Assembly (NCBI RefSeq): GCF_000621645.1 | Contig: NZ_JHXR01000003.1 | Span: forward strand, 60,001 to 92,000 | Source: Vibrio cholerae ATCC 14035 | GTDB lineage: Bacteria > Pseudomonadota > Gammaproteobacteria > Enterobacterales > Vibrionaceae | Reading direction: 5' to 3' | Length of the DNA: 32,000 nt | Shown here: piece by piece, positions 9,055-19,472 of the stretch | Layout of the letters: the number at the start of each line of letters is the position of its first letter | How positions within the stretch are numbered: the stretch's first letter is position 1 | Position numbers and translations under genes: made by a program | The notes under the pieces: generated by a model | What the model was told of the DNA's origin: nothing | The model's database searches: none | What the model saw: the letters and a program-made list of their open reading frames with translations, nothing else

Positions 9055-10935
9055 ATGACTGAACAATATAATGCTGGGGCCATTGAGGTTCTCAATGGCT
9101 TAGAACCAGTGCGTCGCAGACCGGGAATGTATACCGACACCACGCGCCCCAATCACCTTGGGCAAGAAGTGATCGACAACTCCGTCGATGAAGCGCTGGC
9201 CGGATACGCCTCCAAAATTCAGGTAATTCTTCATGCCGATCAATCGCTCGAAGTGATTGATGACGGGCGAGGCATGCCCGTCGATATTCACCCCGAAGAG
9301 AAGGTCTCAGGGGTGGAGCTTATCCTGTGCAAACTGCACGCCGGTGGTAAGTTTTCCAACAAAAACTACCAATTTTCCGGTGGCTTGCATGGGGTGGGTA
9401 TTTCGGTGGTGAATGCGCTCTCCAAACGGGTAGAAGTGGCGGTTCGCCGTGATGGTCAAGTGTATGAAATTGCCTTTGAACATGGCGATAAAGTGACTGA
9501 GCTGACGGTTACGGGGACTTGCGGCCGTCGCAATACCGGTACTAGCGTCCATTTCTGGCCAGACACCAAATATTTTGACTCACCGAATTTCTCCGTATCG
9601 CGCCTGATTAATAACTTGCGTGCCAAGGCGGTACTTTGCCCCGGTTTAGAAATCATCTTTACCGATAAGGTCAATAACAACGAGCACCGCTGGTTGTACG
9701 AAGATGGTCTAAAAGATTATCTGGCCGAAGGGGTGAAAGGTTATACCTTACTGCCGGAAGAGCCGTTTACCGGCGAATTTACTGCGCAAACCGAAGCGGC
9801 AACGTGGGCGGTGATTTGGCTACCCGAAGGTGGCGAGCTCATCACCGAAAGCTACGTTAACCTGATCCCAACTGCGCAAGGTGGTACCCATGTCAACGGT
9901 TTACGCCAAGGCTTGCTGGATGCGATGCGCGAGTTTTGTGAGTTCCGCAATCTGCTGCCACGCGGGGTAAAATTGACAGGCGAGGACGTGTTTGACCGCT
10001 GTGCTTATGTGCTGTCGATCAAGATGCAAGATCCGCAGTTTGCTGGCCAAACCAAAGAGCGCCTATCTTCACGCCAATCGGCGGCGTTTGTCTCCGGTGT
10101 GGTGAAAGATGCCTTTAGCTTGTGGCTTAACGAAAAACCACAACTGGCAGAGCAGTTAGCCGAAGTTTGTATTGCTAATGCGCACAGCCGAATGCGTGCC
10201 AGCAAGAAAGTGGTACGTAAGAAGATCGCTTCAGGCCCTGCCTTACCGGGTAAATTAACCGACTGTACAGTGCAAGACCTTAACCGCACCGAACTCTTCC
10301 TGGTGGAAGGGGATTCGGCGGGCGGCTCGGCGAAGCAAGCGCGGGATCGTGAATTCCAAGCGGTGATGCCACTGCGCGGCAAAATCCTCAATACATGGGA
10401 AGTTTCTGCCGATCAAGTATTGGCTTCACAAGAAGTACACGACATCTCAGTTGCATTGGGGATTGACCCTGACAGCGATAACCTCGAAGCACTGCGTTAC
10501 GGCAAGGTCTGTATCCTTGCCGATGCGGACTCGGATGGTCTGCACATTGCGACCTTGCTTTGCGCCCTATTTACCCGCCATTTCCGCGCGCTGGTGAAAG
10601 CGGGTCACGTCTATGTTGCCATGCCGCCGCTCTACCGCATCGACTGTGGTAAAGAGGTGTTCTACGCACTCGATGATCAAGAAAAAGAGGGCGTGTTAGA
10701 GCGTCTGAGCCAGAAAAAAGCCAAAGTGAACGTGCAACGCTTTAAAGGCTTGGGTGAAATGAACCCGCTGCAATTGCGTGAAACCACCATGGATCCCAAC
10801 ACTCGCCGCTTGGTGCAACTGACCATTGATGATGCTGAAGCGACCGACGAGATGATGGATATGCTGCTGGGTAAAAAGCGTGCGGATGACCGCCGAGCTT
10901 GGCTGCAACGTAACGGCGATATGGCAGAGGTGTAA
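9055..10935 (+). CDS. parE: DNA topoisomerase IV subunit B
   Basis: MTEQYNAGAIEVLNGLEPVRRRPGMY is near-identical to the E. coli ParE N-terminus. It has the GHKL ATPase GLHGVG motif and Toprim EGDSAGG / PLRGKILN motifs. Confidence 0.97.
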   Translation: MTEQYNAGAIEVLNGLEPVRRRPGMYTDTTRPNHLGQEVIDNSVDEALAGYASKIQVILHADQSLEVIDDGRGMPVDIHPEEKVSGVELILCKLHAGGKFSNKNYQFSGGLHGVGISVVNALSKRVEVAVRRDGQVYEIAFEHGDKVTELTVTGTCGRRNTGTSVHFWPDTKYFDSPNFSVSRLINNLRAKAVLCPGLEIIFTDKVNNNEHRWLYEDGLKDYLAEGVKGYTLLPEEPFTGEFTAQTEAATWAVIWLPEGGELITESYVNLIPTAQGGTHVNGLRQGLLDAMREFCEFRNLLPRGVKLTGEDVFDRCAYVLSIKMQDPQFAGQTKERLSSRQSAAFVSGVVKDAFSLWLNEKPQLAEQLAEVCIANAHSRMRASKKVVRKKIASGPALPGKLTDCTVQDLNRTELFLVEGDSAGGSAKQARDREFQAVMPLRGKILNTWEVSADQVLASQEVHDISVALGIDPDSDNLEALRYGKVCILADADSDGLHIATLLCALFTRHFRALVKAGHVYVAMPPLYRIDCGKEVFYALDDQEKEGVLERLSQKKAKVNVQRFKGLGEMNPLQLRETTMDPNTRRLVQLTIDDAEATDEMMDMLLGKKRADDRRAWLQRNGDMAEV

Positions 10936-10938
10936 CGA

Positions 10939-13224
10939 ATGTCTACTGAAATCAGCTTTGATGGCGTTGAACAACTGCCGCTGCGCAAATTTACTGAAGA
11001 CGCTTATCTCAACTATTCGATGTACGTCATCATGGACCGTGCCTTGCCCTACATTGGCGATGGCTTAAAACCGGTTCAGCGACGCATCATCTACGCGATG
11101 TCTGAGTTGGGTCTCTCGGCATCGGCCAAATACAAAAAATCAGCACGTACCGTGGGTGACGTACTGGGTAAATACCATCCGCATGGCGATTCGGCCTGTT
11201 ACGAAGCCATGGTGTTGATGGCGCAGCCATTCTCTTATCGCTATCCGTTAGTGGATGGTCAAGGTAACTGGGGGGCACCGGACGATCCGAAATCGTTCGC
11301 GGCCATGCGTTATACCGAAGCCAAACTGTCAAAGTTTGCCGAGATTCTGCTTAGCGAATTAGGCCAAGGCACCGTAGATTGGCAACCAAACTTTGACGGC
11401 ACCATGCAAGAGCCGAAAATGTTGCCAGCGCGTCTGCCGCACATTCTGCTCAATGGTGTCACCGGCATCGCGGTAGGTATGGCCACCGACATTCCACCGC
11501 ATAACGTGCGTGAAGTGGCGGATGCGACGATTCACCTCATCGATAATCCTAACGCGCCGCTGACCGATTTAATGCAGTACGTCAAAGGCCCAGATTTCCC
11601 GACCGAAGCGGAAATCATCACCCCAACGGTTGAGCTAGAGAAGATTTACCGCTCTGGCCGTGGCAGCATCAAAATGCGTGCTGTGTGGTGCAAAGAAGGC
11701 TCGGATATCGTGATCACCGCGCTGCCGCATCAAGTCTCTGGCGCGAAGCTGCTGGAGCAGATCGCCGCGCAGATGCGTGCTAAGAAACTGCCGATGGTGG
11801 AAGACTTACGCGATGAATCGGATCACGAGAACCCAACGCGTATCGTGATCGTGCCGCGCTCAAATCGCGTCGATTGCGATCTGCTGATGAACCACTTGTT
11901 CGCTTCTACGGATCTGGAAAAGAGCTTCCGCGTTAACCTGAATATGATTGGTCTCGACAATCGTCCTCAGGTCAAAGGCTTAGTGCAGATCTTGAGCGAG
12001 TGGATCTCGTTCCGCCGTGAAACGGTACGCTCACGTTTGCAATATCGCCTCGATAAAGTGCTGGCTCGTTTGCACATTTTGCAAGGTTTGCTGATTGCTT
12101 ATCTCAACCTTGATGAAGTGATTGAGATCATCCGCAACGAAGACGATCCGAAAGCGGTGTTGATGGCACGCTTTGATCTGACCGATATTCAAGCGGACGC
12201 GATCTTAGATACCAAGTTACGCCACTTGGCGAAACTGGAAGAGATGAAGATCCGCGGTGAGCAAGATGAGCTAGAAAAAGAGCGTAAAAAACTGGAAGAG
12301 CTACTCGGCTCTGAACGTCGCCTCAATAATCTGCTCAAAAAAGAGATCAAAGCGGATGCCGATAAGTTTGGCGATGATCGCCGCTCACCACTGGTCGAAC
12401 GCGAAGAAGCCAAAGCGCTGACCGAGCGTGATTTGATGCCAAGCGAAGCGATCACCGTCGTGCTGTCTGAAAAAGGCTGGATCCGTCACGCCAAAGGTCA
12501 TGATGTGGATTGCCAAAGCTTGAACTACAAAGCAGGCGATAATTACCTCACACATGCCTGTGGTAAGAGCAACCAGCAAGCAGTGTTCTTGGGCAGTGAT
12601 GGCCGCAGTTACTCGCTCGAATCGCATACGCTGCCATCAGCGCGCGGTCAAGGTGAGCCGATCACGGGGCGTTTGAACGTAGCGGAAGGCACTACGATTC
12701 GTCAGGTTGTGATGGGCGAGGAAGATCAGCTCTGGTTGGTGGGTTCAGATGCCGGCTACGGCTTTGTGTGTAAAGGCGATGACCTACTGTCGAAAAACCG
12801 CAGTGGTAAAGCTTTGATCAATCTGCCAGAAAACTCGGAAGTGATGACGCCACAAGTGATCGCCGATCTCGATAACGATGAGATTTTAGCCATTACTAAC
12901 CAAGGGCGAATGTTGCTGTTCCCGATTAAGGATCTGCCGCAACTGAGCAAAGGTAAAGGTAACAAGATCATCAACATTCCTGCGGCGAAAGCGAAAACCC
13001 GTGAGGAAGTGCTGTCCAACCTGATGGTGTTGCCACAAGGCGCATCGATTACCCTGTATGCAGGCAAACGTAAGCTAGGCTTGAAGGTGAGCGATCTGGA
13101 TAACTTCCGTGGTGAACGCGGCCGTCGTGGCGCTTTGTTGCCCCGTGGCTTGCAACGCGTGACCGCGATTGAGATTGAAACCTCAGCGGAGCCAGAATCA
13201 ACCCCGCATTCGGAAGATGAATAG
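10939..13224 (+). CDS. parC: DNA topoisomerase IV subunit A
   Basis: Active-site context [11 protein letters not shown], with GyrA/ParC N-terminal and beta-pinwheel regions. Starts 3 nt after the parE stop. Confidence 0.97.
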   Translation: MSTEISFDGVEQLPLRKFTEDAYLNYSMYVIMDRALPYIGDGLKPVQRRIIYAMSELGLSASAKYKKSARTVGDVLGKYHPHGDSACYEAMVLMAQPFSYRYPLVDGQGNWGAPDDPKSFAAMRYTEAKLSKFAEILLSELGQGTVDWQPNFDGTMQEPKMLPARLPHILLNGVTGIAVGMATDIPPHNVREVADATIHLIDNPNAPLTDLMQYVKGPDFPTEAEIITPTVELEKIYRSGRGSIKMRAVWCKEGSDIVITALPHQVSGAKLLEQIAAQMRAKKLPMVEDLRDESDHENPTRIVIVPRSNRVDCDLLMNHLFASTDLEKSFRVNLNMIGLDNRPQVKGLVQILSEWISFRRETVRSRLQYRLDKVLARLHILQGLLIAYLNLDEVIEIIRNEDDPKAVLMARFDLTDIQADAILDTKLRHLAKLEEMKIRGEQDELEKERKKLEELLGSERRLNNLLKKEIKADADKFGDDRRSPLVEREEAKALTERDLMPSEAITVVLSEKGWIRHAKGHDVDCQSLNYKAGDNYLTHACGKSNQQAVFLGSDGRSYSLESHTLPSARGQGEPITGRLNVAEGTTIRQVVMGEEDQLWLVGSDAGYGFVCKGDDLLSKNRSGKALINLPENSEVMTPQVIADLDNDEILAITNQGRMLLFPIKDLPQLSKGKGNKIINIPAAKAKTREEVLSNLMVLPQGASITLYAGKRKLGLKVSDLDNFRGERGRRGALLPRGLQRVTAIEIETSAEPESTPHSEDE

Positions 13225-13227
13225 ACT

Positions 13228-13249
13228 AGAGGAGCCATTTGGCTCCTCT
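13228..13249. terminator. Terminator hairpin between convergent parC and yacG
   Basis: AGAGGAGCC-attt-GGCTCCTCT, a 9-bp stem, followed by TTCTTT on the + strand. No T-run on the - strand, so it is mainly a parC terminator. Confidence 0.7.
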
Positions 13250-13272
13250 TTCTTTACTCTCAACCCCGTGAA

Positions 13273-13470
13273 CTAATACTGATCTTCTGACCAGCCATCG
13301 CTGTCGGACATATCCGGTGCGCCGGGAATGGCTTTCTCTTCATCTGCCCATTCGCCAAAATCAATCATTTGACACTGCTTACTGCAAAATGGACGGTGTG
13401 GGCTCTGTTCGCCCCATTCCACATCGGTGCCACATTGTGGGCATTTCACTATGGTGAGTTTTTTGGTCAT
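13273..13470 (-). CDS. yacG: DNA gyrase inhibitor YacG (zinc finger)
   Basis: 65 aa with CPQCG...FCSKQC zinc ligands and an acidic C-terminus. Conserved coaE-zapD-yacG order. Confidence 0.9.
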   Translation of the reverse strand: MTKKLTIVKCPQCGTDVEWGEQSPHRPFCSKQCQMIDFGEWADEEKAIPGAPDMSDSDGWSEDQY

Positions 13471-13501
13471 AACGCAGTCCTATTGAAAAGCAGCCATGGC
13501 T

Positions 13502-13541
13502 TATCCCCTTAAAACCGGCAACGCCAAGTTGTGTGGGGATA
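13502..13541. repeat. Internally deleted ERIC/IRU-like remnant (mini-ERIC)
   Basis: TATCCCCTT...CGGCAACGCCAAGTTGTGTGGGGATA. The termini TATCCCC/GGGGATA are inverted. The right 26 nt match the right arm of the full copy at 20699-20724 at 22 of 26 positions (my hand alignment). Confidence 0.55.
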
Positions 13542-13611
13542 CTCTTCATCAAAGCCAAGCTGATAATGTATTTTTGGTTCGCAACATTGTTTCGAGAAAA
13601 GGTCGCGAGTT

Positions 13612-14352
13612 TTAGCAGCACACCGCCAAATCAAAGGCGATATCTTGAGTGCAGGCTTGCCCGCTGTGAAAATCGATAAACTTGATAGCAAAGCGGTTTT
13701 TGTGCCCAGAAATCATCGGGTACACACCGTATTCGAGCGGAATCGCAAGGCGTAGGATATTGGCATCTTCCGCATCACTTTGGTAGAAACCGTTGCTTGC
13801 CATGCGTGAGCGGTAGTGGCCGGTTTCGCGAGTCAATTTAAGCCAGAGTTTGAGTGCATTCGAAAGCGGCGTCACGGTTTGCATCCACTGCTGGGCATCA
13901 CGCATTTTGCGATCCAGCGGCAGATGCAGCCAGTAGTGCAGCGCTGGCAGATCAAAACAGCAGGAACCACCCGGTAAATTAAAGCGCTGACGAATTGCAC
14001 TGAGGAAACGGTCTTCTTTGAGTGATTGGCCAAAACGCTCGGCACTCATCAGATCCCGATGAACTTCATCGACTTCGGTGAGCAGCGAGTTAAGCATCTC
14101 TTGATCTACGCCTTCTACATGGAGCCAACTGCGGTATGTTAAGCGCTGTTTTTCCATATCTTTAGCCAGTTCACTTTTCAGTTGGATCTGCTCAAAAATC
14201 TCCAGCATATCGAACAGTGAGCGGAAAAAGAGTTGATGTTGAATCCCATCACTGAAAGTGGACGCTCGCTCCATCTGATTGAGCAGCGCTTCGACACGCA
14301 GGTAGATGCGCGTTTTTTCATTGAGAGGGTGTTCAAACTGGTGCGTAGTCAT
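13612..14352 (-). CDS. zapD: Cell division protein ZapD (YacF)
   Basis: 246 aa. The N-terminus [21 protein letters not shown] resembles E. coli ZapD, and the gene sits in conserved position between coaE and yacG. Confidence 0.9.
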
Positions 14353-14383
14353 TGGGCTAGCCTTGGATTCTTTGCGCTTATTC

Positions 14384-14992
14384 TCACAAATTTTGCCTGC
14401 TCATGGCTAGATACTTTTGGTGCAATAGTGTGATTTGAGGCAAAAGTTTCTGGTTTTCTGCGTCATTTTTGAGCACATCATCAGCAATCGCCAAACGTTG
14501 AGCGCGTGAGGCTTGCGCAGCAAGGATAGCCTCAGCTTGTTCGCGTGATACTTTATCGCGTGCCATGGTGCGCTCAATCTGTATTTTTTCATCCACATCG
14601 ACCACTAACACGCGATCGGCCATGGTTTGCAGCTGGTTTTCGACCAACAGGGGCACAATCAACAGCGCATAAGGTGAGGTCGTTTGGGTAAGCGCGTTGC
14701 GCATACCTTGGCGGATCATCGGATGCAGCAGTTGGTTTAGCCACGCTTTTTCATTAGGGGCGGCAAAGATGCGTTCACGCAGCGCGGCGCGATTGAGTGA
14801 GCCATCAGGGTGCAAGATGGCTTGCCCAAAATGGGCAGCAATCGCTTTTAATCCTTCGGTTTCCGGTTTAACCACGTCACGTGCGATCACATCGGCATCG
14901 ACCAGATCAATGCCAAACTGATCATGAAATAGATTGGCTACCGTGGTTTTGCCACTGGCGATGCCGCCGGTCAATGCTACGACAAAACTCAT
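14384..14992 (-). CDS. coaE: Dephospho-CoA kinase
   Basis: [22 protein letters not shown] contains the P-loop. The track start (15025) is trimmed to ATG 14992, which overlaps the pilD stop in an ATGA junction. Confidence 0.92.
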
Positions 14993-15864
14993 AACGGTTG
15001 TCCTACCCAAGTGGTGAAGTACCAATCAATTACCTTATCGCCCCACAGCAAGGCAAACCATCCCGCGATGGCGAGATAAGGGCCAAACGGAAAGGCCATA
15101 TCGATACCTTTTTTCTGCTGGCGCAGTTGGATTAAACCGAAAATCACCCCAACCACCGATGAGAGCAGTACGATGACAGGCAACTGCTGCCAACCCAGCC
15201 AAGCGCCGAGAGCGGCGAGCAATTTGAAATCGCCATAACCCATGCCTTCTTTACCTGTCAGCAGTTTAAATAGCCAGTAAATCGACCACAGCGAGAGATA
15301 ACCCGCCATGGCTCCGATCACCGCATCACTGAGTGAAACAGGAGAAAAACCAAGCAGTGCCAGTGCAATACCGCCCCACAGTAAAGGTAGCGTTAATTGG
15401 TCGGGCAACAACAGGGTATCGAAGTCGATGAAGGTTGCCGCAATCAACACATAGCTGAAAAACAGCAGCGCCACGGCAAAAACTCCGAACGGAAAGTGAG
15501 TGGCAATCACTAAGCTCATGAGGGCAGTGAGTAGCTCAATCAAGGGATAGCGAGCGCTGATCGGCGCTTTACAGTGTGAGCATTGACCGCGCAGCGCTAG
15601 CCAACTCAGTAGCGGGATATTATCAATGACGCGAATCGGCGTTTGACAGTGTGGGCAAGTGGAACGCGGCAAACTGAGGGTCAGTTTACCCTCTGGTGGC
15701 GTGATGCCATATTCAGGAAAACTCGCCGCACATTCCGCGCGCCATTCACGCTCCATGATTTTGGGTAAGCGATAGATCACCACATTGAGAAAGCTACCGA
15801 CAATCAAGCCAAACAGCGTGGCGAGCACCGGAAACAGCCAAGGGTAGAAGTAAAACAGTTCCAT
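14989..15864 (-). CDS. pilD: Type IV prepilin peptidase / N-methyltransferase
   Basis: Polytopic membrane protein with CPHC...CSHC cysteine pairs and the aspartyl-protease motif [16 protein letters not shown]. Confidence 0.95.
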   Translation of the reverse strand: MELFYFYPWLFPVLATLFGLIVGSFLNVVIYRLPKIMEREWRAECAASFPEYGITPPEGKLTLSLPRSTCPHCQTPIRVIDNIPLLSWLALRGQCSHCKAPISARYPLIELLTALMSLVIATHFPFGVFAVALLFFSYVLIAATFIDFDTLLLPDQLTLPLLWGGIALALLGFSPVSLSDAVIGAMAGYLSLWSIYWLFKLLTGKEGMGYGDFKLLAALGAWLGWQQLPVIVLLSSVVGVIFGLIQLRQQKKGIDMAFPFGPYLAIAGWFALLWGDKVIDWYFTTWVGQPL

Positions 15865-15921
15865 TCTCTTGCTCTAAGCGAAATGAGGGCGCGCTCAATG
15901 GGCACGCCGTTTGTCGCCATA

Positions 15922-17148
15922 CTAACCCAATACACTCATTAAGTTAAAGATAGGTAAGTACATCGCCACCACTAAGCCGCCCACAACCGTCCCAAGAAAG
16001 ACGATGATCAGTGGTTCAAGAATCTTGCCCAAGTTATCGACCGTGTTATCGACTTCAAATTCATAGATGGTCGCGACCTTGTTGAGCATGTCGTCTAATT
16101 GCCCAGACTCTTCACCGATCATCACCATTTGCAGCACCATTTCGGGAAAAGCTTCGGTATTGCGCATAGCAATGTACATCGGCATACCCGCAGCGGTATC
16201 GCGGTACACCTCATTAATCGCGGTTTCAAAGTGCACATTGCCGGAGGTTTTGGCCGTGGTTTTTAAACTGGCGAGAATTGGGATCCCCGCGGCAAAGCTG
16301 GTGGCGAGGGTACGGCTGAATTTGGCGATGGAAGCCTTAGCGAGCACATTACCAATAATCGGAAATTTCAGCCCTAAGCGGCTGGTTTTTAAACGGATCT
16401 GGAAAGAGTTTTTACGCAGCGCTTTCAAGCCAAAAATGGCTGCTGCGATGGCGATAAATGCCCATAAACTGTAAGCCTGCACCCAGTGTGAGAGTTTCAG
16501 CACTTGCTGCGTAAACCAAGGCAGTTCAGCACCAAAGCCTTTAAACATGCTTTCAAACTCTGGGATGACCATGGTGAGCATTAAGTAAGATACCCCGAGC
16601 GCGACCAACACAACCATGCTGGGGTAGATGAGCGCTTTAATCACCTTGGCGCGTAGTTGCTCGCTTTTCTCGCGGTAGGTGGCCAAACGCTCAAACACCT
16701 CAGGTAAGTTACCGGACATCTCTCCGGTTTCCACTAAATCGACATACAAGGTATCAAAATGGGCGCTGGCGGTGCGCATCGCCTTGGAAAGTGGCGTGCC
16801 CGCTTCCACGCTTTTGGTGATTTGCGCCAGAATCGATTTCATCTCAGCTTTACGGTGATTATCGCCCACCAACTTGAGGGCTTGCACAATGGGTACGCCC
16901 GTGGTGAGCATGGTCGCCAACTGCCGAGTCAAAATCGTAATATCTTTACTTTTCACGCGATGGGTTAGGCGTGCCAAAAGAGATACACTGCCTTTTTTGA
17001 GTTTTTTGATCTGAATATGCTGATCTTTGAGCTTATCGCGCACCTCGATTTCGGAGATGGCGAGCATCTGGCCGGAAACTTTTTTGCCGTTGCTGTTGAT
17101 GCCTTTCCAGCGATAATTTTTCAGAGGTAAGGTTTGGGTCGCTTTCAT
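15922..17148 (-). CDS. pilC: Type IV pilus inner-membrane platform protein (GspF family)
   Basis: 408 aa with a duplicated GspF-type domain and a C-terminal [11 protein letters not shown] typical of PilC. Confidence 0.95.
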
Positions 17149-17190
17149 GTTGAGGCTCGTGCTGACAGGTTAGGTTATCGAATAAAACAG

Positions 17191-18879
17191 TTAAAAGTAG
17201 AGCACACGCTGCAGCTCGGCAAAGCTGGTGATGCCTTCGCGCAGCTTTTCAAGACCGGACTCTTGCAACGTTTGCATGCCATTGGCTTTGGCTAAACGTT
17301 CAATTTGATGAATGCTGGCGCGTTGCATAATGGCCTCCGCCAGCTCGGTATTAAACGCCATCACTTCATAGATCCCAACGCGCCCTGAATAGCCGCCCGT
17401 ACACTCGTTACACCCCGCCGCATTCGCTTCATACAAGATTTCATTGGGTTGAAATGCAAATTGGCTTTGCAATAGGGCAGAAGGGCGCACCGCGATTTTG
17501 CAGTGTTTACATAGGCGGCGCGCGAGGCGTTGGGCGATGATTAAACTGAGTGAGGACGCGAGGTTAAACGGCTCCACCCCCATATTGGCTAAACGAATTA
17601 CGGTTTCAGCGGCCGAATTGGTGTGCAGGGTGGAAAGCACTAAGTGACCGGTTTGCGCGGCTTTGACCGCGATTTCTGCGGTTTCCAGATCGCGGATTTC
17701 GCCGACCATCACCACATCCGGGTCTTGGCGCAGAAACGAGCGTAGCGCTTCGGCAAAGCCAAAGCCGATTTTCGGCTGCACTTGCACTTGGTTAATCCCA
17801 GAGAGGTTAATTTCTACCGGATCTTCCGCGGTGGAGATATTGATCTGTGACGTGTTGAGAATGCGCAGCCCAGTATAGAGCGAAACGGTTTTGCCGCTGC
17901 CGGTGGGGCCGGTCATTAAAATCATTCCTTGCGGTCTTTTCAGGGCGTTGAGGTAGAGTTGCTTTTGCTGCGGGTTATAGCCGAGCTTATCAATATCCAG
18001 ATTGGCGGCGCTGCTATCGAGCAGACGCAGCACGATTTTTTCTCCCCATAAAGTGGGAAGTGTCGAAACACGCATATCAATGGCGGTATCGCGGCTTAGG
18101 CGCAGTTTAATCCGCCCGTCTTGCGGCAAGCGGCGCTCGGCAATATCTAATTTGGAGAGAATTTTAATCCGCGCAGCTAAACGGCGGCTTAAATGGCTAG
18201 CCGGTTGCTGAGTTTCGACCAAGATGCCATCGCAGCGCAGGCGGATCCGATACTGGTTTTCATACGGCTCAAAATGAATATCCGAGGCACCTTTACGTAC
18301 CGCATCGAGCAGCACTTGGTTGATAAAGCGGCTAACCGGAGAGTCATCTTGGCTGAGATCTTCAATGGATTGCAGCTCGTCGTCACTGACTTTAACCAGA
18401 TTGGCGAGCTCATCTTGGCTGATCTCTTTCCCTTGGTTGGCTGCGCCTTGAATTGAGCGGCCATACAAACGGCGAATCGCGGCTTGCAGCGCGCGGTGAT
18501 CGGCCAGTGCCAGTTCAACTTGTAATCCTGTGGCAAAACGAAATTCTTCTTCGGCTTGCAGTAAGGTCGGGTCAGAGACCGCAAGCAGCAATAAATTGCC
18601 TTGCTTGGCAATCGGCAAGGCATCGTAGCGGGTAATCAGTTCACGCAGCCCGAGCTGTTGGCACAAGTTGGCGTAGTCGTAGCGGCTAAGGTCGGTTTCC
18701 GGCAAGCCGAAAATATGGCTCAGTTGTTCGGTCAGTTCTTGGGCGTGAAAAATACTTAACTCAAGCAGCGCCTCGGGCACCGAAGTCCCCGAAGCGCTAA
18801 CCTGTGTAACCACCGCTTGTTCTTGCGTTGCGCTGATTAACTCAGCCTGACGCAAGATAGCAACAAGGTTGGTGAGCAT
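17191..18879 (-). CDS. pilB: Type IV pilus assembly (extension) ATPase
   Basis: Walker A GPTGSGKT, GspE-family Asp/His boxes, and a tetracysteine CKHC...CNECTGG motif. The start codon overlaps the pilA stop (TAATG). Confidence 0.95.
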   Translation of the reverse strand: MLTNLVAILRQAELISATQEQAVVTQVSASGTSVPEALLELSIFHAQELTEQLSHIFGLPETDLSRYDYANLCQQLGLRELITRYDALPIAKQGNLLLLAVSDPTLLQAEEEFRFATGLQVELALADHRALQAAIRRLYGRSIQGAANQGKEISQDELANLVKVSDDELQSIEDLSQDDSPVSRFINQVLLDAVRKGASDIHFEPYENQYRIRLRCDGILVETQQPASHLSRRLAARIKILSKLDIAERRLPQDGRIKLRLSRDTAIDMRVSTLPTLWGEKIVLRLLDSSAANLDIDKLGYNPQQKQLYLNALKRPQGMILMTGPTGSGKTVSLYTGLRILNTSQINISTAEDPVEINLSGINQVQVQPKIGFGFAEALRSFLRQDPDVVMVGEIRDLETAEIAVKAAQTGHLVLSTLHTNSAAETVIRLANMGVEPFNLASSLSLIIAQRLARRLCKHCKIAVRPSALLQSQFAFQPNEILYEANAAGCNECTGGYSGRVGIYEVMAFNTELAEAIMQRASIHQIERLAKANGMQTLQESGLEKLREGITSFAELQRVLYF

Positions 18880-19340
18880 TAGTTAATTGTTGCACCTGCA
18901 GTACAGCCTTTTGGTGCTATTTCACTAGTAACGGTGGTACTACAAGTCCATAATCCATTGGCATCTCTTGCTAATTGGATTTTTGAACTAGATACTACAC
19001 CAGCATCGAATGTGTATTTTATTGTACCTCCTAATGCACCTGATGCTGTTGGGGCAATTACAATCTTACCGTCACCCATGTCTTCAACAGTACCTAAGCG
19101 TGTAAATCCTGCGGCCGTACCTGCAGTTGTTGCAGGAAAAGAGCCTTCTGTCGCAATATAATCTTCAATATTAGTTTTCAGTGCTGTGATGTTTGCTAAG
19201 CCAACCCCAATAGCTGATTTTTTTACATAATTTTGATATTGAGGAATTGCAATCGCTGCCAACACACCAATCACTGCCACCACAATCATCAATTCAATTA
19301 AGGTAAAACCTTTCTGTTGTTTGTTTTTATACGCTTTCAT
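18879..19340 (-). CDS. pilA: Type IVa major pilin
   Basis: MKAYKNKQQKG/FTLIELMIVVAVIGVLAAIAIPQYQNY is a class III leader with G-1, F+1 and E+5. There is a C-terminal disulfide pair (WTC...KGC). The track start (19382) is trimmed to ATG 19340, which is preceded by GGAGGA. Confidence 0.93.
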   Translation of the reverse strand: MKAYKNKQQKGFTLIELMIVVAVIGVLAAIAIPQYQNYVKKSAIGVGLANITALKTNIEDYIATEGSFPATTAGTAAGFTRLGTVEDMGDGKIVIAPTASGALGGTIKYTFDAGVVSSSKIQLARDANGLWTCSTTVTSEIAPKGCTAGATIN

Positions 19341-19453
19341 AATTTCCTCCGTAGGTGTTTGCGTATTAAGCGCAGTGAGCATATGCCTTGCTACACAAGG
19401 GGGGAATCGAGTCGCGAGCGCTCTTCGAGTGAGTTAGGGTTTTAACCTATTGA

Positions 19454-19472
19454 TTTGCATGATGAATGCAAA
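19454..19472. promoter_or_regulatory. Candidate operator palindrome in the pilA promoter (TTTGCAT-N5-ATGCAAA)
   Basis: Perfect 7-bp arms centred about 123 bp upstream of the pilA ATG. It can be read as inverted octamers TTTGCATG / AATGCAAA 3 bp apart. The regulator is unknown; a CytR-like half-site is my inference. Confidence 0.35.

Noticed and set aside
12756-13238. 160-aa minus-strand ORF antisense to parC. Similar long antisense ORFs occur at 23159-23764 (201 aa, in dsbC), 31431-32000 (189 aa, in aceE/aceF), 1751-2167, 3685-4083, 10005-10391 and 25208-25612
   Set aside because: All are fully embedded antisense to strongly supported conserved genes. They have low-complexity Ser/Arg/Cys-rich or otherwise unnatural composition and no RBS. 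They are typical shadow ORFs of coding sequence.
19454-19472. Reading the pilA-promoter palindrome as a CRP or TfoX-dependent CRP-S site
   Set aside because: CRP-type sites are TGTGA/TGCGA-N6-TCACA/TCGCA with an even centre. This palindrome has an odd centre (7-bp arms around 5 nt). In any 5-N6-5 register, at most 3 of 5 positions per half-site match. I could not find a convincing TGCGA-N6-TCGCA elsewhere in 19341-19584.
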